DNA of 64,000 nucleotides from an uncultured Candidatus Saccharibacteria bacterium (GCA_964402895.1 CAYODR010000003.1:3534-67533), one strand, 5' to 3'; shown: positions 1 to 10,390, counted from the stretch's first letter. Made by a program: numbers and translations. The notes: generated by a model from the letters alone, not told the origin.

Positions 1-52
1 GAAACAATAGATTCTGATGAAGAAAGATTAGAAGACTCACAAGAATAAAAGT

Positions 53-574
53 ATGAACATACTACATGACATCTCTGCTGGAGAAAAATCTCCAGAAATC
101 ATAAATGTGATTATTGAAATCCCAAAAGGTTCAAAAAACAAATATGAAATAGACAAAGAAACAGGTTTGATATCACTAGATAGAGTGATGCATACAGCGC
201 AAGACTACCCTTTTGATTATGGTTTTATGCCACAAAGTCATTGGGAAGATGGAGACCCGCTTGATGTAGTGGTCTTGACCACTTACCCACTAGCGCCAGG
301 AATACTGGTAAAAGTGCGACCTGTAGCAATAGTAAATATGATTGATGATGGAGATTCTGATGCAAAAATAATCGCTGTACCAGAAAAAGACCCAAGATTT
401 AATGATGTACAGGACCTAAAAGATGTAAATCCTCATACTATAAAAGAGATTGAACATTTTTTCCTAACATATAAAAATATCCAAAATAAAAAGGTTTCTA
501 TCAATAGTGTTGGTGATAAAAAAGAAGCACAAGAGGCTATCCTCAAATCCCAAGAACTATACAAAAACCTATAA
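53..574 (+). CDS. ppa: inorganic pyrophosphatase (family I)
   Basis: 173 aa; motifs EIPKGSKNKYE, DGDPLDVVVL, DDGDSDAKIIAVP are typical of family I PPase. A -10-like box lies just upstream of the ATG. Confidence 0.9.
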   Translation: MNILHDISAGEKSPEIINVIIEIPKGSKNKYEIDKETGLISLDRVMHTAQDYPFDYGFMPQSHWEDGDPLDVVVLTTYPLAPGILVKVRPVAIVNMIDDGDSDAKIIAVPEKDPRFNDVQDLKDVNPHTIKEIEHFFLTYKNIQNKKVSINSVGDKKEAQEAILKSQELYKNL

Positions 575-581
575 ACAAAAT

Positions 582-608
582 CCTCAAGTATATCTTGAGG
601 GTTTTGTT
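582..608 (+). terminator. rho-independent terminator after ppa
   Basis: hairpin cctcaagtatatcttgagg followed by a T-run. Confidence 0.55.
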
Positions 609-664
609 ATGATTTTGTAATAATATTAACAAAGTATCGTCTTTATGATATAAGTATAAAAGTT

Positions 665-1156
665 ATGAAAAATATTGTTATTACATTTTTAGCTGTTTTG
701 AGCGCGCTTTCTTTTACAGAAAGCTCTTTTGCTCAGGTATCTATCGTATCTCAAGCTAAACCAGTCACCATAAATCCCATAAACACTGAGGTTTTAAATA
801 TCTTTGAACAATCAAAAGACACAAAAACTCTCTTAGAAAGAAAAGATTATGCTCAAAAATATTTAGAAGAAATGTCTTTCTGGACTGGTACCTTATTACT
901 TAGAATCCAATTAGCTACAGATAGATTGTCTCAAAACAAAATAGATGTATCTAATGCATTGATTTTTATACAAAATGCTCGCCTAGAATTATCAAGGGCC
1001 CAAGAAAGTCTTGTAGTATTTAAGGAAATAATCCCAAATGAACAATCAGAAAATACTCTTAATAATTCATTTATAAGTACCGAAAAGTCTTTAAAAGAAG
1101 CTCAATCAAATATCACAAAAAGTATTCTCACGCTTCAATCAATATTAAATAGATAA
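665..1156 (+). CDS. hypothetical secreted protein (signal peptide, coiled-coil)
   Basis: N-terminal hydrophobic signal MKNIVITFLAVLSALSFTESSFA; no recognisable domain. Confidence 0.5.
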   Translation: MKNIVITFLAVLSALSFTESSFAQVSIVSQAKPVTINPINTEVLNIFEQSKDTKTLLERKDYAQKYLEEMSFWTGTLLLRIQLATDRLSQNKIDVSNALIFIQNARLELSRAQESLVVFKEIIPNEQSENTLNNSFISTEKSLKEAQSNITKSILTLQSILNR

Positions 1157-1163
1157 ATAATAA

Positions 1164-1188
1164 AAACCCTAAAAAACTTAGGGTTTTT
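1164..1188 (+). terminator. rho-independent terminator
   Basis: aaaccctaa/ttagggttt stem followed by a T-run. Confidence 0.55.
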
Positions 1189-1219
1189 ATTATTTAAGCT
1201 TTGTGATAGAATGCCCACT

Positions 1220-2254
1220 ATGAAAAATAAGTACATAAAAGAAACCAAAAACCTAAGTGAAAGTAGACTTGAAATAAAAGTAGAAATCCCCTGGGAAGAT
1301 TTTTCTGTATTTGAAGATAAAGCTACAGAAAACCTTTCAAAAAACATTAAAATTGATGGTTTTAGAAAAGGAAATGTTCCCAAAGATATTGCACTAAAAC
1401 AAATCGGTGAAGAAATGATTTTAGGAGAAATGGTACAGTTAGCATTAGAGAAATACTATCCTGAAATAATTAAAGATCAAAACATAGACTTTATTGGTAG
1501 ACCAGATTTATCAGTGACAAAAATGGCGCGTGGTAATGAACTTGCTTTTACTATCACAGCTTCAATTTTGCCCGAAATCAAGCTCCCCGACTATAAAAAA
1601 ATCGCAAGGTCTATACAAAAACCAGAAGCTCCTATAGTAACAGATGAAGATGTTGATAAGGTTATTGAAGAATTAAGACAACTCAAAGCATATGGCCATG
1701 TACACGGCCCAGATGATAATCACTCTCATGATGAACCTTTGCCTGAAGTAAATGATGAGTTTGCAAAATCTTTTGGAGAATTTAAAAATCTTGAAGAAAT
1801 GAAAGGAAAAATTAGAGAAAATATTTTGAAAGACAAAGAGTTTGGAGCAAAAGATAAAAGACGAGTAGAGATACTAGATCAAATCGCAAAAGAAGCAAAC
1901 TTTGAAATTCCTAAAATAGTGGTTGATAGTGAAAAACAAAAAATGCTATCTCAAATAGAAACAGACATTTCTAAATCTGGAATTACATTTGAAGCCTATC
2001 TTAAACAATTAGATAAAACAAAAGATGATATTCTGAAAGAATTTGAACCAGAAGCTATCAGAAGAGCTAAATTTCAACTTCTAATAAATGCTATCTCAAA
2101 AGAAGCAGATCTGATTCCTAAAGAAGAAGACGTAGAAAAAGAAGCAAACAAAATCATGGAAATGTATGCTGAATCTGACAAAAACCAAGTAATGGCATAC
2201 GCAGATATGCTACTCACCAACCAAGCAGTACTTTCAATGCTTGAGAATTTATAA
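1220..2254 (+). CDS. tig: trigger factor (short form)
   Basis: GFRKGNVPKDI ribosome-binding signature of the trigger factor N-domain; the ORF opens at 1211, but the second ATG at 1220 sits 7 nt after a tagaat -10 box. Confidence 0.8.
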   Translation: MKNKYIKETKNLSESRLEIKVEIPWEDFSVFEDKATENLSKNIKIDGFRKGNVPKDIALKQIGEEMILGEMVQLALEKYYPEIIKDQNIDFIGRPDLSVTKMARGNELAFTITASILPEIKLPDYKKIARSIQKPEAPIVTDEDVDKVIEELRQLKAYGHVHGPDDNHSHDEPLPEVNDEFAKSFGEFKNLEEMKGKIRENILKDKEFGAKDKRRVEILDQIAKEANFEIPKIVVDSEKQKMLSQIETDISKSGITFEAYLKQLDKTKDDILKEFEPEAIRRAKFQLLINAISKEADLIPKEEDVEKEANKIMEMYAESDKNQVMAYADMLLTNQAVLSMLENL

Positions 2255-2276
2255 AAGTTTTAATTACTAAATAGAT

Positions 2277-2313
2277 AAAGACAAAGCGCGCCCGACGGGC
2301 GCGCTTTGTCTTT
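2277..2313. terminator. bidirectional GC-rich terminator between convergent genes
   Basis: aaagacaaagcgcgcccgacgggcgcgctttgtcttt, a perfect long stem flanked by A-run and T-run. Confidence 0.7.
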
Positions 2314-2333
2314 ATGATCTAGATGAATTTTAT

Positions 2334-3035
2334 TTAATAATCCCCTCCAACAAAAATGTTTACATCATTTTGCCCTATTGGTTCATACCAATTAACTCTT
2401 AATCCATAAGAGCCTCCTGGTGCACAACCAAACTCATCGGGTGTAATTATGTATGGATCATTAAAATTAAAAGATGGTGGAAAAGTGATTGTTTCTGTTA
2501 AACCTGTTCCGCCCCATGAATTCATTGGTATTATGGTTACATTTGCTACTATTGGCGATAACCCTCTACCTATAGATTTTTGATAAGTATCACTATCAGT
2601 ATATACTCCTATATTACATCTTACATAATTAGGCATTCCTGTACCATCTTCTGATGCAAGTAATGTATAGTATAGATTCGTTTGGTCATATGAATATGAG
2701 AAGCTGGCATTGTATGTTCCCGGAGTAGGTTGAGCAGTTCCAATACGAGCAGAACGCGTAATATTATTTATTAAATTATCAAAACTTGCTGATCCAGCAT
2801 TTGCTGAACCTGAGGCAGATGCAACAGTATGTGCCGCTGAGCCTAAATTTAATGTAATATCAGCTCTAATTTCTTCTTCAGGAGTATAAAGAGATTTGTT
2901 TAAATTAGCCGTTAAATACACTACACCTGTATCTGTTGATATATTGATAGTCTGTCCTGAAGCTTGGGTATTTTTAATCCCAATAAAACTTAAAAAGATA
3001 AATAGTGTAGATATGAAGATGATTTTATTTTTCAT
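2334..3035 (-). CDS. hypothetical secreted protein
   Basis: signal peptide MKNKIIFISTLFIFLSFIGIKNTQA; Ser/Gly/Asn-rich; no known domain seen. Confidence 0.5.
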   Translation of the reverse strand: MKNKIIFISTLFIFLSFIGIKNTQASGQTINISTDTGVVYLTANLNKSLYTPEEEIRADITLNLGSAAHTVASASGSANAGSASFDNLINNITRSARIGTAQPTPGTYNASFSYSYDQTNLYYTLLASEDGTGMPNYVRCNIGVYTDSDTYQKSIGRGLSPIVANVTIIPMNSWGGTGLTETITFPPSFNFNDPYIITPDEFGCAPGGSYGLRVNWYEPIGQNDVNIFVGGDY

Positions 3036-3128
3036 AAATATATTATACTCCCCACCCTATCTTTTACAAAGCGATATTGTGGAAAAGAAAAAAGACAGAG
3101 TGCTTCGCAGCAGTCCGTCTTTAAATTT

Positions 3129-4010
3129 TTAATCAACATATTCAAGTCTTCCATTGTCAGTCATATACATCTTTCTATCAAGAGATGGGACATAGGAGGA
3201 TATCCTTGGAACATATGTTTCTTCAGCATTTTTTATGTATGCTTTATAATCTTTTGTTTCAAGAACAAAGTAATTTTTAAAAGACCTAAAAATAGTTACC
3301 GTTGGGTCAAGGCGAATTTCTTGGTATAAAACCAAAGTATCACCCTTAAAGTACCTGTATTCATAAGCTCCATCGGCTTCATTTCCTTTAGTAGCTTCGT
3401 GATGTATATAGTACATTTCTATCCCCAACTTCTCTTCTTTGGTGATTTTTGTCCAAGGAGAATATCCAATTGGAGTGACAGCAAAGCATGTACTTGCTTG
3501 AATATGCACAAGTTTTCTGTCTAAAGTAAAAGCTTCTCTTCTACCAAAAACACAATTGTTTACATCATTGAAAGTGGTCTTCCATTCCATAGGCTTTGAC
3601 CTGTCTCCACCGGGGAAATCATAAATTTCATCCTTCCCTGTTTGCCTCCAAACTCCGATAAGTTTCAAAAAAAACGGATCAGGTGGTAACACTTTGATTG
3701 TCAAAGTCTTGGTACTGGTTAAACCCTCTTTTGTAGCAGAGAATACTAATACTGTATCTCTGATCATTTCTTTGAAGGAAAAATCAACAAAACTCTTTTC
3801 TTGCTCAACACCATTAACGGAAATCTTTCCATTATCAGTGCGGGCTTGAAAACTTATACTTTGTCCGTATTCTATCTCAGGTTTATCAGATGATAATCCG
3901 GAAAAAGATATGACCGGTGGTACGACTTTTGGTGGTTCCACTGGTGGGACCACTGGGTCTTTCTCACAACTTAGTGTGAAAAAGAGGAATATGAAAAGTA
4001 TCTTTTTCAT
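3129..4010 (-). CDS. putative lipoprotein
   Basis: signal peptide with lipobox-like LSC; proline-rich linker PVVPPVEPPKVVPPV. Confidence 0.5.
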   Translation of the reverse strand: MKKILFIFLFFTLSCEKDPVVPPVEPPKVVPPVISFSGLSSDKPEIEYGQSISFQARTDNGKISVNGVEQEKSFVDFSFKEMIRDTVLVFSATKEGLTSTKTLTIKVLPPDPFFLKLIGVWRQTGKDEIYDFPGGDRSKPMEWKTTFNDVNNCVFGRREAFTLDRKLVHIQASTCFAVTPIGYSPWTKITKEEKLGIEMYYIHHEATKGNEADGAYEYRYFKGDTLVLYQEIRLDPTVTIFRSFKNYFVLETKDYKAYIKNAEETYVPRISSYVPSLDRKMYMTDNGRLEYVD

Positions 4011-4253
4011 TGTTATATGTTTTTAAAGTGTGAGAAATTTTGTTATTTAATTCAAATGTATTATCTCTTATTTTGAAGGATTTGTCAATATATAAGGAAA
4101 AAGCCTGCAAAATTTTTATTAAATTAAGATTAAAATAAATAAATTATTTTAATACACCATTTTTTTGATTTTTTATGAAAAATCAGTATATTTAAGAGAG
4201 CCGAAGGACAGTTATTGTAAGTATTTGATTTTATTATTTATTTTGAATTTTAT

Positions 4254-4844
4254 ATGTTAATCCCAACAGTTATTGAAAAAACAACGGGTGGAGAAAGAGC
4301 TTATGACATCTACTCTCGCCTCTTAAAAGACCGCATCATATTTCTAGCAGGACCAATAGATGACAATGTTGCCAACCTAGTTATTGCTCAACTTCTTTTT
4401 TTAACAAATGAAGATCCTAAAAAAGATATCTATCTTTATATAAATTCCCCAGGCGGAAATATTACTTCCGGTATGGCTATTTATGACACCATGCAATTCA
4501 TCAAGCCAGATGTCTCAACTATCTGTGTAGGCTTGGCGGCATCTATGGGGGCATTCCTCTTGGCCGGCGGTACAAAAGGAAAAAGATTTGCACTACCTAA
4601 TTCTGAAATTATGATTCACCAACCATCGGGAGGAGCAGAGGGACAAGCCACCGATATTGAAATCAGTGCAAAGAGAATTATCAAGATGCGTGAAAAACTA
4701 AATCAAATCATGTCCAAAAATACTGGGCAAAAAGTATCAAAAATCGCACTTGATGTTGAAAGAGATTATTTCATGGAATCAGATGAAGCTGTAAATTACG
4801 GAATCATTGATGGGGTAATCACCAAGGCAATACAAATAAAATAA
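4254..4844 (+). CDS. clpP: ATP-dependent Clp protease proteolytic subunit
   Basis: ClpP signatures [15 protein letters not shown], catalytic-Ser region [11 protein letters not shown] and His region IMIHQP. Confidence 0.92.
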   Translation: MLIPTVIEKTTGGERAYDIYSRLLKDRIIFLAGPIDDNVANLVIAQLLFLTNEDPKKDIYLYINSPGGNITSGMAIYDTMQFIKPDVSTICVGLAASMGAFLLAGGTKGKRFALPNSEIMIHQPSGGAEGQATDIEISAKRIIKMREKLNQIMSKNTGQKVSKIALDVERDYFMESDEAVNYGIIDGVITKAIQIK

Positions 4845-4845
4845 C

Positions 4846-6333
4846 ATGACTAACCAAGTCCTAAACATTTTAGTTTTACTCTTGGGTCTAATTATCGGAT
4901 ATGGAGTGCGTACACTATATTTTTATTTAAAGAAAAATTCTGTAGAAAAAAATATAGATAAAAAAATCGCCCAAGCAAGAAATAGAGCCATTGAGATAAT
5001 AGAGTCTGCTCAAACCAAAGCAGATAAAACAAATGATTTTATTAAAGAAAAGGAATTACACATCTTTAATAAAGAAAAAGAAATAGATATAAAAAATTCT
5101 AAACTTGAAAACCTGATTAAAGAAAAAGAGCTGATTGTCAAAAATATTTTTGAAAAAGAAAAAGAGATAAAAGAAATTCATAAACAAAAAATCTCTACTC
5201 TTGAATCAATATCCGGAATATCGCAAGAAGAAGCACTGGATTTACTTTTACAAAAAATAGAAAATGATAATCAAGAAAACTTTCTAAAAAGATTAAGCAA
5301 GCTAAATAAAATCTCAAGTGAAGAAATCGAAGATCGAGCAAGGAGCATTTTATCAACTGTTATTCAAAAAATATCTGTTGATGTGACAAATGACCTGACT
5401 ACTTCATATATCACAATAAATGATCCGGAAATAAAATCTAAGATTATTGGTAAAGAAGGTCGCAATATAAAATCATTTGAAAACTCATCTGGTGTAAATA
5501 TTTTAGTAGATGAATACCCTGATAAGATGGTTCTATCTTCTTTTGATAGTACTCGTAGAGCTATCGCCAAGATTGCACTTGAGAGACTGATAGAAGACGG
5601 TAGGATTAATCCAAGCAAGATAGAAGACGAACTGGAAAAAGCAAAAAAAGATATCCATGAAAAAATCCGCGAAGCTGGAGCATCAGCAATATCTGAGTGC
5701 AAAATTTACAACCTAGACCCGCACCTAGTAACACTTCTAGGTAAATTAAATTTCAGAAGTAGTTATGGACAAAATGTATTAGCACATTCTATAGAATGTG
5801 CTCACATTGCAAATTCACTTGCACTTGAATTGGGCGCAAACAATGAGGTTGCCAAAACCGCTGCCCTACTTCATGACATAGGTAAAGCCATTGACCAAGA
5901 AATAGAGGGCGGACATGTAGATTTGGGAATCAAATTACTCAGAAGATTTGGAGTAAATGAAGATATTGTAAATGCAATGAAAAGTCATCATGATGACTAT
6001 CCTCATGAATCAATAGAATCAGTAATAGTCCAAACTGCGGACATGATTTCTGCAAGTAGAAAAGGCGCACGAAATAATTCAAAAGAAAACCACATCCAAA
6101 GACTTGATGAGCTAGAAGATCTTGTACACAATTTTAACGGAGTACAAAATGTTTATGCCATAAATTCAGGTAGAGAGATTAGAGTTTTTGTACATCCAGA
6201 AATGATATCTGATCTAAAAGCACATGAATTAGCTAAAGAGATTGCGATATCAATAGAAGATGAACTTGCATATCCGGGACAAATTAAAATAACAATAATC
6301 CGAGAAACTCGTGTTATAAACTACGCTAGATAA
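4846..6333 (+). CDS. rny: ribonuclease Y
   Basis: N-terminal TM, K/E-rich coiled coil, KH domain (IGKEGRNIK), HD domain (LLHDIGKA ... HHDD); translationally coupled to clpP. Confidence 0.85.
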   Translation: MTNQVLNILVLLLGLIIGYGVRTLYFYLKKNSVEKNIDKKIAQARNRAIEIIESAQTKADKTNDFIKEKELHIFNKEKEIDIKNSKLENLIKEKELIVKNIFEKEKEIKEIHKQKISTLESISGISQEEALDLLLQKIENDNQENFLKRLSKLNKISSEEIEDRARSILSTVIQKISVDVTNDLTTSYITINDPEIKSKIIGKEGRNIKSFENSSGVNILVDEYPDKMVLSSFDSTRRAIAKIALERLIEDGRINPSKIEDELEKAKKDIHEKIREAGASAISECKIYNLDPHLVTLLGKLNFRSSYGQNVLAHSIECAHIANSLALELGANNEVAKTAALLHDIGKAIDQEIEGGHVDLGIKLLRRFGVNEDIVNAMKSHHDDYPHESIESVIVQTADMISASRKGARNNSKENHIQRLDELEDLVHNFNGVQNVYAINSGREIRVFVHPEMISDLKAHELAKEIAISIEDELAYPGQIKITIIRETRVINYAR

Positions 6334-6336
6334 AAA

Positions 6337-6367
6337 AGTGAAACATTAAAAGCTGTTTCACTTTTTT
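6337..6367 (+). terminator. rho-independent terminator after rny
   Basis: agtgaaaca/tgtttcact stem followed by a T6 run. Confidence 0.6.
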
Positions 6368-6466
6368 ATGTGGATACACCTGTGGAAACGATTTTATTTA
6401 AATTTTAACTTTCCTGAATAACATCAGTAGTTATAGTTACACGGTAAAATAAGGTATAATATTGTC

Positions 6467-9184
6467 ATGCAAAAAGAAAATTCCTTTGAATCAAAATTCA
6501 AAAACCCAAACGAAGAATTCTCTTATATCAGTGAGAGAGCTCAAAAAGAGTATATCCTACAAAACCCAAACAGTAAGACACTTGAAAGTGCTGCCTTAAA
6601 CACCCTTGAACAATATTCTCAAAAAAATACAAACGAAATAATCCATGAAACAAATATCATTTCTGAAAATGAAGTAGAAACCCTAGGATTAAAATTAAAA
6701 CCCGAAAACCATGATGATAAGATATCTGGGTTGTTGGGAATAGCGCTAGAAAAAGGAATTAAAAATGCATTTGAAGTATTAGATAAAATGCGTGACCCAC
6801 ACCTAAAAGATGACTTCCACAAATTTCTTGTACAGTATATGCAAACTACCGGGCTAATCCCCGGGATTAAAGAAGGCACCCCGCTGCATAAAGAACTAGA
6901 ACACTCATTATTTGCAGTTATGCTCCCAGCCAATACTGACAACCAAGATTTCAAAAATTTCATTCAAGCTATGAAGCAGTTCTATACTGGAATGATATCT
7001 GTATGTGAAAATTCAAAAGACCACTATACTATCGAGCTATCAGTACGAGGTGAATCTAAAGACATCGGTATCTATGTATCTGTACCAAGATTTTATGAAT
7101 CAACATTTGAAAAAATGGTCACAGCTTATTATCCATCTGCATCCATTGAATCTGTACCCGATGATTATAATATTTTCAGTGATACACCATCTGTAGTATC
7201 TGGATCAATAGCTACTCTTGCTGAACCAGAAATCTTCCCATTAAATACAGACGAAAACTTTTCTCATGATCCCCTAAGTGCTATCATCAACTCTCTTTCT
7301 AAATTTGAAATGAGCGGTGAAGGAGCAAGTATCCAAATCATAATTACAAATGACGGACAAAATACTAATAAAATATTTTCTGATGTTATTTCTAGTGCCG
7401 AAAAAAATAGAACAAAAATAAAAGATGAATACAAAGAAGCCGGTAGAAGTATCATCTCTGGTTTTGGCAAAGATTTTATCTCAATGTTTTCACCTAAAGA
7501 TACGAAAGATGATGAGCAAAAAGAAAAATTTTTAGATGTCTCAAATATAGAGCTTGTAAAAAAGAAAAATGGAAATCACATCATAAAATCCGGAATCCGC
7601 ATCATTGCTTCCGCCCCATCTATATCAAGAGCAAATGCAATGCTTACGACTATCAAAACTTCTTTCGGACAATTTGCACTTGTTGGTTCAAATAATATTT
7701 CTTGGAGAGATGTCAGAACATCAGAAATAAATAATTTCATTCAAGATTTTATTTTCCGTTCTATTAGAGAGAAAGAGTTGATGAGACTTTCAATAGATGA
7801 ACTTGCTACAATCTTTCACTTCCCTGTGGGAATTTCATCTACTCCGGAGTTAAGTGAGTCTCAAGCTACTACTGCTCCTGCTCCTAGTGGTATCATCCCT
7901 GAAGGAGTATATCTTGGAGTAAACAACTATAGAGGTAGTCTTACTGATATTTATCTAAACAAAGAAGACCGCGTACGACATACTTATGTTATCGGTCAGA
8001 CAGGAACAGGTAAAACAACAATTCTAAAAAATATGATTATTCAAGATATTAAAAATGGTCATGGAGTATGTTTTATAGATCCTCACGGAAGTGACCTTGA
8101 AGATATTCTCGCCAACATTCCGAAAGAACGACTTGATGATGTCATATACTTTGACCCGGCGTATACAGAAAGACCAATGGGGCTCAACATGCTAGAGTAT
8201 GATGAAAAATATCCTGAACAAAAAATATTTGTTATCAATGAGCTTCTTAGTATTTTTAATAAACTCTTTGATATGAAAACAGCTGGAGGTCCAATGTTTG
8301 AACAATACTTTAGAAATTCTGCGGGACTTGTAATGGAAGATCCAGAATCTGGTTCAACTTTACTTGAAATCACTCGCGTACTATCTGATAAATCTTTTAG
8401 AGACTTAAAACTTTCAAAATGCAAAAATCCTATCATCAAGCAATTCTGGGAAAATGCCGAAAAGACAACCGGTGAAAGCGGTCTTCAAAACTTTATCCCC
8501 TACCTTACAAGTAAGTTTGATGTATTTATTTCAAATGACATCATGAGACCCGTCATTTCTCAACAAAATTCTGTTTTGAATTTCAGAGAGATCATGGATA
8601 AGAAAAAGATACTATTGGTAAATCTATCAAAAGGAAGACTCGGCGATATCAATTCTCATTTGATTGGACTTTTACTTGTAGGAAAAATCACAATGGCAGC
8701 CCTATCGCGTGTAGATATACTTGGTCGTGGAGAAGTAAATGATTTCTATTTATATATAGATGAATTCCAGAATGTGACCACGGACTCTATCACCACGATC
8801 CTTTCTGAAGCTCGTAAATATAGACTAGGACTTATCATGGCCCATCAATATATTGAGCAATTAGACAATTCTATTCGTGATGCAGTTTTCGGTAATGTGG
8901 GTAATATGATTATCTATCGTATCTCACCTGAGAATGCAAAAGTATTTGAACAACAATTAGCCCCCACTTTTACTCCGACCGATATCATCAAGCTAGAAAA
9001 CTTCAACGCTTATGCCAAAATCCTAGTTAAAGGAACACCTCAAAAACCATTTAACCTACAAATTCCTCCACCACCAAAAGGTAATATAGAAATCACAGAT
9101 AAAGTTAAACAATTGTCCTATCTAAAATACGGACGACCTCGAGAAGAAATAGAAGCCGAAATATTTTCAAGATATAAAGCTTAA
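6467..9184 (+). CDS. P-loop ATPase of the TraD/TraG/VirD4 (type IV coupling protein) superfamily, lacking TM segments and carrying a large novel N-terminal domain
   Basis: Walker A GQTGTGKTT, Walker B YIDEFQNV, then ARKYRLGLIMAHQYIEQL as in the T4CP C-terminal region; about 480 aa of unassigned N-terminal sequence with no hydrophobic anchor. Confidence 0.5.
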   Translation: MQKENSFESKFKNPNEEFSYISERAQKEYILQNPNSKTLESAALNTLEQYSQKNTNEIIHETNIISENEVETLGLKLKPENHDDKISGLLGIALEKGIKNAFEVLDKMRDPHLKDDFHKFLVQYMQTTGLIPGIKEGTPLHKELEHSLFAVMLPANTDNQDFKNFIQAMKQFYTGMISVCENSKDHYTIELSVRGESKDIGIYVSVPRFYESTFEKMVTAYYPSASIESVPDDYNIFSDTPSVVSGSIATLAEPEIFPLNTDENFSHDPLSAIINSLSKFEMSGEGASIQIIITNDGQNTNKIFSDVISSAEKNRTKIKDEYKEAGRSIISGFGKDFISMFSPKDTKDDEQKEKFLDVSNIELVKKKNGNHIIKSGIRIIASAPSISRANAMLTTIKTSFGQFALVGSNNISWRDVRTSEINNFIQDFIFRSIREKELMRLSIDELATIFHFPVGISSTPELSESQATTAPAPSGIIPEGVYLGVNNYRGSLTDIYLNKEDRVRHTYVIGQTGTGKTTILKNMIIQDIKNGHGVCFIDPHGSDLEDILANIPKERLDDVIYFDPAYTERPMGLNMLEYDEKYPEQKIFVINELLSIFNKLFDMKTAGGPMFEQYFRNSAGLVMEDPESGSTLLEITRVLSDKSFRDLKLSKCKNPIIKQFWENAEKTTGESGLQNFIPYLTSKFDVFISNDIMRPVISQQNSVLNFREIMDKKKILLVNLSKGRLGDINSHLIGLLLVGKITMAALSRVDILGRGEVNDFYLYIDEFQNVTTDSITTILSEARKYRLGLIMAHQYIEQLDNSIRDAVFGNVGNMIIYRISPENAKVFEQQLAPTFTPTDIIKLENFNAYAKILVKGTPQKPFNLQIPPPPKGNIEITDKVKQLSYLKYGRPREEIEAEIFSRYKA

Positions 9185-9185
9185 T

Positions 9186-9223
9186 AAAAAATGCCCAAGC
9201 TATAATGCTTGGGCATTTTTTTG
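9186..9223. terminator. bidirectional terminator
   Basis: atgcccaagc/gcttgggcat stem flanked by A-run and T-run. Confidence 0.65.
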
Positions 9224-9227
9224 ATTC

Positions 9228-9608
9228 TTAATCAAAGACCTTTCTAAAAAGAAAAACTCCCGGTATAAAGAATAATATCCACAACAACATCTTTACTTCA
9301 GAAAATTTTGGTATATTCAAAAAATCTGAATAATAAGACATCAAGCATATCGGTAGGATAAAAATTGCCGGCAATAAAAATATAAATAAAAATGCTTTTA
9401 TTAAATGCCTGATGTACAAAAGCTCGGCATTGTAAAACAAAATTAATTCTATCCTATTGACTCCTACCATAGATATTATCATTACAGTTAAACTATAAAG
9501 AATCAAAAATGATCTGGTACCACTTAAGCCATCTCCAATGATGGCAAATGCTGAAAATAGCAACACTATGACTAAGCATAGTTTTTGCAAATAATTTTTA
9601 CTTTTCAT
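9228..9608 (-). CDS. hypothetical polytopic membrane protein
   Basis: 126 aa with 3-4 hydrophobic helices; lies downstream of the pilin genes on the same strand. Confidence 0.4.
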   Translation of the reverse strand: MKSKNYLQKLCLVIVLLFSAFAIIGDGLSGTRSFLILYSLTVMIISMVGVNRIELILFYNAELLYIRHLIKAFLFIFLLPAIFILPICLMSYYSDFLNIPKFSEVKMLLWILFFIPGVFLFRKVFD

Positions 9609-9680
9609 CTCTTTATTTTTTTGGTTTAAACCAATTTTGTCATAAAAAAGTGTTTTTTAAAATATTGATTAAAAAATATT

Positions 9681-10345
9681 TTAATTCACTATTTTTATAT
9701 AGTTTCTGATTACCGAACAGCTACACCTACGATTATAAGACCCGCCGCTACTCTGAGTAGAACCATTACAACCTACATATGTATTTTTTCTATTAGAAGC
9801 AAGCTCCATTCCAGCAATAATAAAATAATATTGCCCATTTGCACATCCAGAATACGCAGATGCAGAATAGTAATAATACACTCCACCATCAGTATTGCTA
9901 CCACTATTCCATACAGATAAGGGTTCTGGAGTAGGATCAATAGGGTCTTGCGCTATATATGGAGCAAGAGCGCCACCAGAGATCCACCTGCCATTAGATA
10001 AACCCGTAACAGAATTACACCAGTTTATACTATTTACAATCGGACCACTTGGGGAGCAACTCGCAGATGATGGATACTGCCCATGATCCATATAGTACAT
10101 CTCAAGCGCTGTTTGAATATTTCTAATATCAGAAATTCTTTTAGCATCTCTTGCTTTACTTCTTGCACTATTTAAAGATGCGATAACTACGCCCGCAAGT
10201 ATTCCTATAATGGCGATGACTACTAAAAGCTCAATGAGGGTGAAAGCTTTATTTTTATTATTAAAATAATTTAGAGTGAAGGCGTAACTTTTAGTGGTAT
10301 ACCCCCCCCCCTAATATTCTTTAGTTGGGGTGATAAGATTTTCAT
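9681..10345 (-). pseudogene. type IV pilin-like gene interrupted by a frameshift at a G10 tract (phase-OFF or homopolymer error)
   Basis: ATG at 10345 encodes the leader MKILSPQLKNIRGGG. It then hits a stop because the G-run (plus-strand C10 at 10302-10311) puts it +1 out of frame with the downstream YTTKSYAFTLNYFNNKNKAFTLIELLVVIAIIGILAGVVIASLNSAR... prepilin helix. An 11-G tract would restore a full pilin collinear with the paralogs at 10424 and 58401. Confidence 0.55.
10302..10311. repeat. homopolymeric C10/G10 tract inside the pilin leader coding region
   Basis: counted directly; the paralogous genes have G6 at the same IGG-encoding position. Confidence 0.9.
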
Positions 10346-10390
10346 GAGAATATTATAACATAGTGTGTGTCCCAAACAATATATCTTGCT
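10346..10390 (-). promoter_or_regulatory. conserved pilin upstream block (TGTTTGGGAC ... TGTTATAAT -N6- ATG)
   Basis: the same architecture as upstream of the other two pilin genes; the extended -10 ends 6 nt before the ATG. Confidence 0.45.

Noticed and set aside
5364-5702. 112-aa minus-strand ORF inside rny
   Set aside because: Antisense to a strongly supported conserved gene.
9895-10086. 63-aa plus-strand ORF
   Set aside because: Antisense within the pilin-like gene body; no support.
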